64,000 nucleotides of DNA from Fimbriosthenelais zetlandica (Eukaryota): assembly GCA_977030845.1 (NCBI GenBank), contig OZ365111.1, positions 41,850,001-41,914,000 of the forward strand. Direction: 5' to 3'. Made by a program: the position numbers and the translations under genes. The notes beneath the pieces are model-generated. The model saw only the letters and a program-made list of their open reading frames with translations. It did not search any database and had not been told where the DNA came from. This document shows positions 37,154 through 48,725 of the stretch, one piece after another. The first letter of the stretch is position 1, and every line of letters starts with the position of its first letter.

Positions 37154-40100
37154 TTGGAAATACTTGATTGATACGAATTTTCAAAGACACAGACCCATTC
37201 TTTTTCTCTTTTCTTGTTTGGTGGTAAGCCAGAAATACTAAGACAAGACTGGATTTATAATTATTATTTGACATTCATTCATTCAATTGTCATTCAACAA
37301 TAGGCATTATTATTTAGGGGTCCCGTTAACCCCCAGATAATGTGTTATTTGGAAACCTTCAGATGATAGTTCGGTGGTGGGTGGGGGGGGGGGGGGGTGC
37401 TTTAGAACAAACTGCCTGGAATAAAATTTAATGCGTTACATACATTGGTAGATTGTAAATTGGTTAGTCCAGTTAATCTTTTGTTCTGAAAGAGCTCTAA
37501 TGTGTCCCCCTACAAGGGACAAGATCGAAGGGAGGTCCACAAATGTCAAATGACATAAAAGTCCAATTCATATGAAAATTGTAACATTTTTATAGTTAAT
37601 ATATAGCTTCTTTTCAGGTTAATAAAAGCGGGCAATTGCCAGTTAAAAAGTTCAGAGTTAATCTCAGGAAAATAAAATTCCGTCTATAGCGAGGTGTAAT
37701 ATATTAATTCTTTTGTCAACCGCAGTTTTATTAGATTTCCAGTCTTTAGAATAAGTTCATTAAAACCTGGGGTACGTTTCATGAGAATACTGATTGTTGT
37801 TTAACGTCGCAGCAACGAACAGAGCCATGCCACAACAAGGAGGAAATACGTTGCCCATACTCCATAGACAATAAGTATAAAGTTCTGCTTTTTCTGCAAC
37901 AGGCCCTACAGATGTGACTACATTATTTACCTGAAGAATGAACGCCTGTTAATGGTTTGTTTTTTTGTATTGGATAACTAACATTTAAAGAAGAAAAATG
38001 TTATACTGAGGTTAAATAAAGCACATAAACTGTGTTGAAAAATATACTGATGAAATAGAATGTTTTTCCCAAGATTGTCAATGAATGCGGGTATAGAATC
38101 ATTGGTATGCAGGATATGCAATGACTATAAAATTAGCCTTGTCTTGGCTAAGAAATGAATGAATGAATCCATTTCTTCTCCATTATATTTATCCGATTAT
38201 CACCTGCCAGTATCATATTATTCACCGAGATTTAAAGGAATTTGTAAAATTCCTGGCATTGATATTGCCACAGTAATTCTAAGAAACGAATATATCAGGA
38301 GGATGTAGAAAGGTATATCGATGGTCGGTGCTTTTTGTTTTTTCGTTTTGAAAATTTCTAATGATCAGCCATCCAATAATGCAGGGAAAGATCTATGAAA
38401 GTTGTTGGGTTATATTTCTGAAAGAGATATCCATTTTTAAATTGTCAAAAGCTATACAAATCATCACCATTCAAGGTAAACAACCAAAGGTCCATATTGG
38501 CTGCGTGAGGCCACCCAAAAACCCCAATTTAATATTAAAATTAAAATAAAATAAAATCCCCTGATTTTGCCAACTTTTTAAAAATTCCTTGATTCCCCTG
38601 ACTGGTAGGAAATGGGAAAATTTTTTAAAAATATACAAAATATCTCTATTTTTATGACTCTCTTCTTCTATTTGTATGACACTAAACAGTTGCTAACAAC
38701 AAAGATAAGAAAACTAAAGAGTTTCAAAAATACAAAAAAAAGATGTTGTTGATAAACAAAATCATCTTGACGTGTTGTTGTCTTGCGGCACGTATGGTGA
38801 AGCAGGGAACAGCTGGCTGATGGAATAGCGTCGTGATCGGCCAATTCCTTCAGAGCTGTTTTGTTTGCTGAACTATGTCAAACTGGAGGCAGTTTCATAA
38901 ATAAGATGCGCACTATCAATCTATAGGCGCAGAGCTATCGTAAATCTATGAGACAGCTCTCAGAAGCCTCTTGAAACCATGAAATGACAGGCATCTTTTG
39001 TATGGAACACGGTCGGGGATGATTGTATCATAAGCAAAATGACAATCGTCGCACTATAGCCAACATGTTTTTTGAAACCGCCCCACTGATCATGCACTGA
39101 GAAATTGTTTCAAACACTCGCCCTCCCCCAGAAATGTGGTTTCCTATTTCAGCCTGAGACAATGCGAACAGTGCATGCCTCCAGTAGTCCTTTCAGCTGG
39201 AAGTATTTAAAACACATGGCAAGGTTTTGGTTTTGAAGGCCAGCACGTTAGAGGCCAATGGCCGAAACCCCCTTCTGTTTATGCAACAACAATTTGATCA
39301 TTTTTTACGCATCTCGATGAGAGGGATGGAAGAGTGTGCAAGTTCCCAAGCTAACTTTAGACAATAATTTACGTTGTTTGTTCTTCACCCAAAGCTAATG
39401 ACCTTTACAATATGGTGACTAAAGGAAAATACATAATTCCAAGGTTGGCATAATTATGTAAGACAAGACATAATTGCCAACAACCAATATCCTGCATATC
39501 GAATGTCGTCGATTATTTGTCAAACAAATTAAGGGACTGAGTGCACAGTGACCCTTGCAAACCCAAAATATAAAACCAATATGGTACGTATGTATACATC
39601 TGCAGACGGTAATTGCACAGAATGATAACTTTCGTTTAAGACATATCGAAACGATGAAGTCCAAGGCTAGAGTTATTGTAAAATGATAGATCACTTGCAC
39701 GCATAATTATTTGTGCAAACTTTGCTTTCGAAAAGGTGGAATCAATTATTATGCAAGCTTTGTATTCGAATAGATGTTGGAATCATTGACCTCAAACACA
39801 GACATTATATTGAGCGCAGAACGTGCTAAACGTGAGAATGGTATCATGATATAAGATACTTGGCTTGCGGTCGCCTTCCTCGAGAAGACCGAAGTTTTAA
39901 ATACGTGATGACAGAACACCCAGATTGCCAATAGTGATTCCAGTCCTACACCAAGAATCCAGAAGGTCAGAGTTCTGGGGGATGTTTCGAAAACGTCATC
40001 GGTCAGTGCACTTGGTAGATTTCATCAATATTGTATGTATTAGATATAGCACCTAGTACATACTTTATATTACTAGGATGAATATTGTCATTCCGATTAA

Positions 40101-40856
40101 ATTGGAGACCACAGCAAACGTATAAGTAGTTCATCGCATTGGAAAATGTGGTCCGATAGACAGATGGCTGTTTCAGAAAGAAAGTGTACTATAATTATAA
40201 GACTAGGAACACAATTATTTCATGTCAATACCATGTCATATTATGACACAGACCCTGTACCAAGTCTTCTGGCTATTTTTAGGTATAGGACAGCTTAATG
40301 TTTTAAATTATATTATATAACCTACCCATGGAATCAATTTGGGAATAATTTTCACCATATTTAATCTCTCATGAGGTTCAGATCATAAATTATACAGGTG
40401 TTTGATCATAAATTATAAAGGTCTCTGATGAAGTCCAGATTAAAATGAACTCAATCTTTAATAAATAAGATCACGTTTCCCAGAAGGAAACCATTTTTTT
40501 CTGCTCATGGAGACTGAACATTTTATGTTTCAGGTGAGAGGACTGAGGGGGTTAGACAACACTGGTTGAAAGTATAAGCCAGGTGCGTCTCTCAGCTGCC
40601 ATACTTGCAGTCAAGCCGGATTCTAGAGTGACAGGTACATTTGTCAATCCATTTCCCCACTCACATCAGCTGATCACGGTTCTTAACCATATAACTGCAC
40701 TGAAATATGTATATAAGGGATCGTTTACTTTGGACTTGGCATCACGAGAATTTTTGTGGATGGCTGAAATTACCCCGCAAGCCTTATCACATGAAGCAAA
40801 GTTCCTCATAAGATGTTCTATTATGATTGGTGGTTCCATTGGTTTTCAGAGGTCAG

Positions 40857-40923
40857 GAGCCCATTTCAAAACAAAAATTAGCCATAGACTTAGCATTACT
40901 AATTTTCCTTTTGAAATGAGCCC
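40857..40923. mobile_element. 67-bp PIF/Harbinger-like MITE, CAG target duplication
   Basis: gagcccatttcaaaa...ttttgaaatgagccc flanked by cag on both sides. The core ttagccatagacttagcattacta is shared with the copies at 44089, 44159 and 37096. Confidence 0.7.
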
Positions 40924-42241
40924 CAGGTTTCAACACCATTATGAAACACATAAAACATATTTGTAAAAGTTTTGACATGCACAAGACCCCGAATAATTGG
41001 AACTTTTAAATTTAGTTAATGTACTTTATAATTGTTGATTCCATGATACACCCTCTCCTTCAATATCGTACATTCTTCCATGTTAAGAATAGTCTCGTTC
41101 GAATATGTTAATTGATTCAAATGGATCAATACAAAAATGATAAATATAGGCAGCAGTCGCATCTGCTTTTCGCTGAAAATAACGCTAACTGGGTGTTTCT
41201 TTTTAAGCCTTTCTTCTCGGAAATAATCCGGAGAATTTCAAATACGACGGGGTATTACTCAACATGGTCGAATTCCACCCGCTAGCATGCCATTCAATTA
41301 AAGCAACCACACCTTCTGCGATCATTTTACTCAGAGACGATTCTGGAATCTCTGAAGTGTGGGCGATGATCCCCTGCCTGGATGCATAGACAAGTTGGAG
41401 AGATCATAGGAAATATGAACTTGCAGTCATTGAACGATGTGTGAAAAGTGTAATTGATCAAGGATTCATCAAGGAGTGGCGGGTTGGAGGGGAGCATGGT
41501 ATTTCTGGATTCGATCATCACTGATATACCTCAAATATGTGTTCCTCGTTGATTCTTTAGATTCTCTACTCAAAAGGCACAGATAAGGAGGAGGAGCTGT
41601 GGTGGGAAATGATAATTGAAGGTCCTCACATACCAAGCCGTCAGATTTCTAAAACTCCTACCGATCGAATATTATACGGATAATAGTAAAAAAAAAATGT
41701 CCATTTCCGCCATTTGATAATCGCTTGACAAATCATGGGGTGATCAGGCCCATTTTTACAAAATCCCATTTGTCAATCTATATGGGGTGCTGAACCTACT
41801 TTAAAGCATTAACATAAATTTAGTGTGTCAGATGTTATAGTAGTAGAGCCCCCTCTCTCTTGTAAGCAAGTAAAGTAAGAGAAGCCCCCCAGTTAGCAGC
41901 AGCAACAGTCCCCATAAGAAACAGACCCCCAAGGCCAAGACAAGCTTAAGTCGAGATCACAGTGCAGCCCTCTACCACCACACTCTCTCTGTCTCTCACT
42001 CGGTACACCCACTCCACTCTCTCAATCTTCTATCTACCTACTACCTATAACTTGGCCCACAACAGATACACATAGACACCCTGGCTGATTCATCCGTCCC
42101 CTTACTTCTGCTCTGTTTGAATGTGTTTTACCCACAGAGCATAAGCCTATATATATACTCGTCATACCTGGTGTTGTTACTGGAATATCTTATCAATCGC
42201 AGTTAATTAAGTTATTATAAACTCTTATGAATGCCAGCAAA

Positions 42242-42301
42242 ATGGAGATCATCTCAGGATTATTGTTGCTGTTAGGTGTCATCTCAAATCTTCTGGACAC
42301 A
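42242..42301 (+). CDS. Right VWA gene, first coding exon (signal peptide MEIISGLLLLLGVISNLLDT)
   Basis: ATG in good context (caaaATGG), hydrophobic LLLLLGVI core, donor |gtgagt at 42302 in phase 0. An in-frame upstream ATG at 42227 would add MNASK. Confidence 0.7.
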
Positions 42302-44088
42302 GTGAGTAGGACTATATTCTTCTAATTTTGAAAAGAAAACTTTCTTTTGCAAACCATTCACACGAAACGTCAATGCTTTAACGCCTACTTAAGATATGGG
42401 TACAATTTAATAGTTGAAGTGATAATATTAAACTTTTGGAGATGAAGAAGGACCTTTGGATAGAACTCCTTCATTCTAGAATCCAAAACATTCTTGTGCA
42501 CCAAACATCCAATTCCCTTCTCTCTAAAGCAGGCTTGGTTGCTGTTATTACCTAAATAACACATTTCTTAAAGGTTCCATTTTGATTGATGAATACACAA
42601 GGACATCACTAGAGGCTAAAAATTAACCAATAGCCTTTACAAACGTCCACATCAATTTACCGATGGCCATTCAGCGCAACGACCAAATGACGCGCCACTT
42701 ATTGCTCTCTCTCTCTCATTCTAAATATTTACACAAGAGATTTCTACCCCATGCTTCCTCCATGCTCGTAGGGGGGGATATAAAATATGTAAATCCCAAG
42801 CCTTTAAAGCTCGTAAATAAATGGGCAAATGCATTTTGGATTAGGAAAAAAAACTTGAATATATGACTCGAATACTTAGGGCTTAAAGGCAACTCACAAA
42901 TTTGTCATTGGGGAATTTCATGCATCACAATATCTTCTTGGATTCTTGGGTTATTTGCCAAGGAATAATTGTGTAGGAAGCACGTGCTCCCACATGGTCC
43001 CACAGAAGTCTGATATGAGGGTTTTCATATTACCAGCAGTAAGGTGGGATATTGTTTTGATCTCAGCTGGGGCCTGAAGCACCAGGTTTCTGTTGTGATA
43101 CATGTACATCTGGCACCGGTTTTCGATTCATTACGCAGACAAAATCATGTTCGTTCTAGACTGCTCTCTCCCCCGTCACTCGCGTGGCATGGCAAATCAC
43201 ATTTCAAGAATTTGAAACTAAATTAATTCGGCAGACGTGGCAAATAGGCTAATTATGATTAACTCTGACCATGCTCAATATCCCCGGAGGTTGAACATGT
43301 GAATAATTAATCCGGAGACCTATACCTCAAATAGTTATTGTTGTGAACCTTTGTTATGATTTGCTCCCTGGTTGTAACAGCAGAGTATTTCAAAGCAAAG
43401 ATGTGGTTCATTACAAGTCTAATTATATAAGACAAAACAGGCCAAAGATTTCTTTTGGACAGCTTAGTTTTATGTGAAAATGATTTCCAAATAGAGCTCA
43501 GACTGCCATAGACTATCGGAAATGAGAAGCCCGTTTCAAAACGAATGTAATAATAGCTATATAGGAGGCTGAGGGACACCTCAATGTATAGATCCATACA
43601 GCGTTGTGCTAGAACCCAAACTATTTCCCTCTGTTCAAATCAAGTATCCAGCTTGACAAGTCCCATTTGCTGCCATGCTAGACATATTTATGACGAAGTC
43701 CATATCGAACTGCTCAATCTGATTTTGAGTTGCTCGATCTATTATTGTCAACAGAAGCCAACCTCGCCAGGGTGGGTGGGGGGGGGGGGACGTACCCCGG
43801 CTGGTATAGGCCTTAAGAAGCATGTGCTTACCACAAGCCTCACGTACAAACTAAGGCGATCCTTCCACTGGTTAGCAATGTATTGATTAACATTAGAAAA
43901 GTAATAATATCAAGGAAAACTTCTAGAATTGAAGCCAATATTTAGGAATAATTTCATGACATTTTCTACATTTGGTTGGATCAGAGATGATTGCACAACC
44001 ATATCTATGGGTGGAAATCATCCAAAAAACTACGCATAGACGAAAAGATACTAGCGTACAACTTCAACACTTTCTGCTCAAACATCTG

Positions 44089-44155
44089 GGACCTGTTTCA
44101 AAAGGAATATTAGCAATGCTAAGTCTATGGTTAATATTCCTTTTGAAACAGGCTC
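44089..44155. mobile_element. 67-bp Harbinger-like MITE (copy A of a tandem pair)
   Basis: 24-bp TIRs (22/24 identical) ggacctgtttcaaaaggaatatta. Flanks are ctg and ccg. Confidence 0.72.
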
Positions 44156-44158
44156 CCG

Positions 44159-44224
44159 GGGCCTATTTCAAACGAAAATTAGCAATGCTAAGTCTATGGC
44201 TAATGTTTGTTTTGAAATGGGCTC
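44159..44224. mobile_element. 66-bp Harbinger-like MITE (copy B of a tandem pair)
   Basis: gggcctatttcaaa...tttgaaatgggctc with the same core as copy A. Flanks are ccg and ctg. Confidence 0.72.
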
Positions 44225-44489
44225 CTGAGGTTTCATAACGCAATACGGACGCGCTACAATTATACATGAAAAGCCAGAACATTTCATGGTGGGGCTTCCC
44301 CATTCAGTGAGGAAGTATCATGAGAGTGACGGGTGGGGGAAGGTGAGTGAGGTTGAGAAGTGCTCAATTACATCAAAACATACCGGTCTTTATTGCTGCC
44401 ATGTATATCATGGAGGGATCCACGTGTTCTCACCAATCAAATATTCATACATGAGAATATTATAATTTTATAACATTATATGGCGCCTA

Positions 44490-44680
44490 CTGATCTCTCT
44501 CATACACACTATATATATGCCTCTCTCTTCTCCCTCTCACTATCTTTCTCGCTCTTTCTCTCTCTATCTCTCGCTCTCTCCATCTCTCTTTCTATCTCTC
44601 TCCCGTCCATCTCCCTCTCCTCTCTCTCTCTCTTTCTCTCTGCCTCTGCCTCTCTCTCCTTTCTCTCACTCTGTCTCTCA
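44490..44680. repeat. Degenerate (CT)n polypyrimidine tract in intron 1 of the right VWA gene
   Basis: About 190 nt of almost only C/T. It explains the SL-rich ORFs at 44480-44792. Confidence 0.9.
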
Positions 44681-45225
44681 TTTACTCCCTGTGGAGGATG
44701 AGGTGGTAAATTTATCCTTTTTGCTCGGATATATCCTCTTGATTATTGATAGCATAACACTTGTTAGTGACAGTTTCCCGTCTAAGATCTGACCCATGGT
44801 GACACCCAATTGGCAGCGACATTGATTCGAATCAAATACAAATGAAAAATTTTACATATTTCACTTCAAGCCCCAAGAGTAAAAGTTTGCTTGGCTCCAC
44901 ATTCTTACACCATCGACTATAGTCCCGCACAAGTGTCCATATATTTCCAAAACTCAACCCCTCCTCAATATTTACCCCACCAACTTCTCAACAGCTCTCG
45001 AGTGTTATCCCCACACCACAAACGTTTTCTACAACTCCACAGAGAAATTGTGAATGTATTGAGCTGAGAAGTTTAAAAGGAGCACTCCAAATGCCTTCTC
45101 AAAACATTCCATACATAGTTCAATTCACCATGCCATGTGCCCGATGTTAAAGGAACACTGTGATTTTTCTTCAAAATCGAGATGTTCAATATTTTAACAC
45201 TCACCTCTTTTCTTCTCTTTTTCAG

Positions 45226-45250
45226 GTTGCCTCGGCCCAAACACATGAAA
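45226..45250 (+). CDS. Right VWA gene, 25-nt micro-exon (VASA/QTHE)
   Basis: Acceptor ctcttttcttctctttttcag, donor A|gtgagt, phase 0 to 1. Supplies an A-S-A signal peptidase motif and splices in frame to 49447. Confidence 0.7.
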
Positions 45251-47043
45251 GTGAGTATATATAATATATTAAGGGAAAGGGACCAAAGGCCAAGGGAGGA
45301 AGAAGGGATCGAGTGAGGGAAGATGGTAGGGGGTATACAAGGGTATAGTGATTTGTTTTGTTCATTGGTCAAGTGTATAGAGCTGTTCAGTAGTTGCATT
45401 AGTGGATGTCAGACAAACGTATTTTACTGGTTTACATATGGTTGGCCATTAATAGGGGATCCAGTCAAGCAGAGAGGTATGCTGCGGGATCGCCCTCTAC
45501 AGCCTTTGACAAGCATGACACTCCTATATCTATACTATCACATTATCTATACTCCTGTCCAACCCCTCGCCTTACCCCCCCCCCCCCCCCCCCCCACCAA
45601 CCCACCACTCCCTCACAAATCTCACAGTGACACTGCCCCACACCCTTCCCACTGTCCTACCCATTGGCCTACTCACCAAACCAATACAATCTACTACCTG
45701 GGTCCTATAATTATTCTATTAATTTTGAAAATTGCAATTAAAGGTTAGACAGACATCTAATGGGTGTTTATAAGAACCAAAGGGCCAGAGGATCCAAGGT
45801 CTTAGGGCCAAAGACGTAAGGGTTTAAAGGTAGCTGGAAAGGACTTGATAATAATATATGGCCTCGAATCATTTCCTCTAGGATTAGTTGTCTTATGCCG
45901 TTTCGACTTCGATGGATATACCCTATTGACCCTGAGAAAATGATGCTCCTTTAACATACCGTTTATCTAGGCCTATGGAGATTAAAATTGAACTACATTC
46001 TTGATGGGCATCGCGAAGTACTGTTCAAAAGTTTACAAGAATAGCCCCTCAAACCATTTCTTAAAGGTAACGAGGAGGAATGTATGAAGTCTATACAAGG
46101 TATGATGTATCTCCCAGTATAATTCGTCGCTACTAAACTACATAGGCCTGTGTTTACAAGTTGTTTTAAGTGAAACTTTTAGAGTTGAAAATATAGTTTG
46201 CCCCTGTCTGTGCCCCGGTTTTCTTTGCCTTATTTTGTTTTTTATTCAACTGAATGACTTATTCAATTTGCGATCTTCTGCGTCTAGGGTCATAAATTTA
46301 ACTCGTTCTAAAGAGTCCCCAATTTTCACAGGGATCCACACAAGTGTCTGTCTCCCCACTTTACTACTCGCTTCTGCAGGTGAATAATGTTTCCCCAGAT
46401 CATGGACACTTCTCTTTTATTTGTCCTTTTCTTTCTCTTCCTCCTCCTCTTACTTTCCTCCGTCTATTTTCCCTCTACATCTCCCTGACCCTAGATCCCA
46501 CCTCTCGCCCATTCGGAATGTAAGACTTTTTGTATTCCCAGAACATATTGCACGGCAGACCCAAATAGCATATCAGACAAACGGCAAGTCCTTTTCTCCC
46601 TATCTAAATCTATATATATCTTTCTGTCCAGCTCCTAGAATCGGTTCAGTAAGTTTGAATTGAGAGGAGGCTCTATAGACTTTGACAGTATGTACATGGT
46701 ATAGGTAATCCAAGAAATTTGAGGGCTAATCCTACAGGTTATTTCATAGAATAGGAATGTAGTTGCCCGTCAATGTGGTCCTTATTAAAATGCTCAGCCC
46801 CACCAAAGGTCATTTTCAATATCCCCCACCACTTCCACGCAAGACCCACGTGTTTCTATCACCCAAATCCAAACAGCTGATAGGGGGTCCGTTTTGTTAC
46901 CATCCAAAACCCTTTAAATTAATGTTTTCCTTAGGTTATGTAATAGTACATCATTTATTACATGTTATTATTATAATGGTTATATTAATTGTTATGTATA
47001 ATCATGCTCTGTTATAATTAATACATTTCATGCTAATTAACAT

Positions 47044-47298
47044 TGTAAACCATAGGGTACAGACGATATGTCCACGTCTGTGCTCATTGGTCTATACTGT
47101 GGTCAGGGTTCAGTGACCATGCAAATGACCATTGGTCACGCTGGTTTAATGCAGCTATAAGACCAGAGCGCAGTATAGCTCAGAAGTTAGTCGCTACTTA
47201 CCCTCTACGACTGTAAGACATCATATATAATATCAACTACAATAAATCTATATACAGTAACTATTGGACTTCACTCCCATCATTTTCCAATAGTCACA
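47044..47298 (+). repeat. Putative 5' LTR (255 bp)
   Basis: Starts TGTAAAC and ends GTCACA. Contains TATA-like ctataaga (about 47155) and AATAAA (47241-47246). Directly followed by aa plus the PBS. Confidence 0.65.
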
Positions 47299-47300
47299 AA

Positions 47301-47310
47301 TGGTGGAGAA
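47301..47310 (+). promoter_or_regulatory. Primer binding site TGGTGGAGAA (tRNA-Ala-type)
   Basis: Lies 2 nt after the LTR's terminal CA and is complementary to a tRNA 3' end ...UUCUCCACCA, which matches eukaryotic tRNA-Ala ends (from general knowledge; the host tRNA was not checked). Confidence 0.6.
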
Positions 47311-47330
47311 CAACCGGTCTTGGTACCTCT

Positions 47331-48725
47331 ATGGACAAGGCAAACAAGACAAGAGCCAAAGGTGGGGAATTAACAAATCAGGATTATCAAACCCCAGAGA
47401 GGATCGCTAAAGACTTGAGACGATTAGGATCTGTAAAACTTGGATCTAGTACACCTTTCAGCACCCCAACAGGTCTTCAGGTACCAGGTCCTTCAGCGGC
47501 AAGTCCTTTAACGCAAGCGGCGATCTTTTTAAGATCAAACGATACAGAGGATGCTGATACAGACGAATCAGCTCAAGCGAGTTACCAACATAATATCAGT
47601 ATGAGTGAAACGGAAGCTGCAGGGGATGATTCCTCTAAAGAGCTGTTAAGCAAGCTCACACAATTGCAGTTGGAGACTGCAAGGATCTTGGACAATTTAA
47701 GCAAAAAGACTAATGACATGCCTCAAGCCTTTACAAGGCTCATTGACCAACAGTCTATCGCCATGGACGTCAGAAACAAGGCGAAGTTGAATACGGCCTT
47801 GGCTGTTCCTCCGGATGCATTCTCTCACCCAACGGCATATCGGACAGCACAGCAGTTTCTTATGGAATTTGCAAGGTATATGGAGGCAGTAGGCGCTCCA
47901 GAAGATAAGTATCTTCATACGGTTGTAAAATATTTGGATGGCAGAGCTAAGGCACTATATAGACGTTATACAATGCAGAATCAGCATGGCAGATATCCAG
48001 CCTTCAGAGAACTATTCCTCACTACATTTGCTTCGTTGGATAGAGATGAGGCAGCTAAGGGCTTCATGTTTAGGAAGCAAAAGGAGGGAGAAACGGTGAG
48101 AGACTATGCAGAAGATATGTTACTTTTACTATCTAACACTGACTTATCTGATCATATGAAGGTTAACATTTTCATAATGAACCTTAACCCCAAGCTTTCT
48201 CAGCTTGTATATGCTGAGGAGCCAAAATCTGTTGAGGAAGCTTACAGAGTCGCTGATAAACTCAATCTGTGGGAAAGCTCTAATACCAACAATAGAGAGC
48301 TAGCTCAAATAGTGACACAACAGACAGCATTACTGCAGTCTTTGACTCACCAGGTACAGGAGGCTAAGAAGGAATTAGCAGACTCCAGTAAGTCATTCAC
48401 TGAGGTGGTAGCTTCAGCAGACAATAGACCATCACACTCAAGAGGGGAGAGAGAAAGAAGTGACAATGGCAGGTGGCAAGAACATAGACCTGACTACTAC
48501 AGACAGACTCAATCTCGGTATGGTGGTCAACGATATCGGCAAAATGATAACGGCAGATACCGTGACAATAGTGGCCAACGGTACCAGTATAGTGACAGCA
48601 GATACCGTGATAACAGCAGGCAACGGTACGAGGACAGGGCGTCAGGCTATAGAGCACCGATGCAATACAGGAGACAGAATGATAATCGTGGGGGAAGAAG
48701 ACATAATCGACAGTCCCCAAACTAA
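47331..48725 (+). CDS. Retrotransposon Gag (capsid-like) protein, 464 aa, uninterrupted
   Basis: Capsid-type motifs FLMEFARYMEA...YLDGRAKALY...FRELFLTTF and MHR-like RKQKEGETVRDYAEDM, then PKSVEEAYRVA. Helical/coiled-coil-like segments flank the core. Arg/Tyr-rich C-terminal tail, no CCHC knuckle. By far the longest ORF in the window. Confidence 0.85.
   Translation: MDKANKTRAKGGELTNQDYQTPERIAKDLRRLGSVKLGSSTPFSTPTGLQVPGPSAASPLTQAAIFLRSNDTEDADTDESAQASYQHNISMSETEAAGDDSSKELLSKLTQLQLETARILDNLSKKTNDMPQAFTRLIDQQSIAMDVRNKAKLNTALAVPPDAFSHPTAYRTAQQFLMEFARYMEAVGAPEDKYLHTVVKYLDGRAKALYRRYTMQNQHGRYPAFRELFLTTFASLDRDEAAKGFMFRKQKEGETVRDYAEDMLLLLSNTDLSDHMKVNIFIMNLNPKLSQLVYAEEPKSVEEAYRVADKLNLWESSNTNNRELAQIVTQQTALLQSLTHQVQEAKKELADSSKSFTEVVASADNRPSHSRGERERSDNGRWQEHRPDYYRQTQSRYGGQRYRQNDNGRYRDNSGQRYQYSDSRYRDNSRQRYEDRASGYRAPMQYRRQNDNRGGRRHNRQSPN

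Noticed and set aside
40533-40582. Possible non-coding 5' exon of the right gene (tttcag acceptor, cag|gtgcgt donor), with an acceptor at about 42137
   Set aside because: Splice-like motifs alone are insufficient, and a TATA-like run at about 42147 suggests an alternative start.
47165-47195. gcgcagtatagctcagaagttag looks like a tRNA 5' end or A-box
   Set aside because: No T-arm (GTTC), anticodon stem or acceptor pairing follows. It lies inside the LTR.
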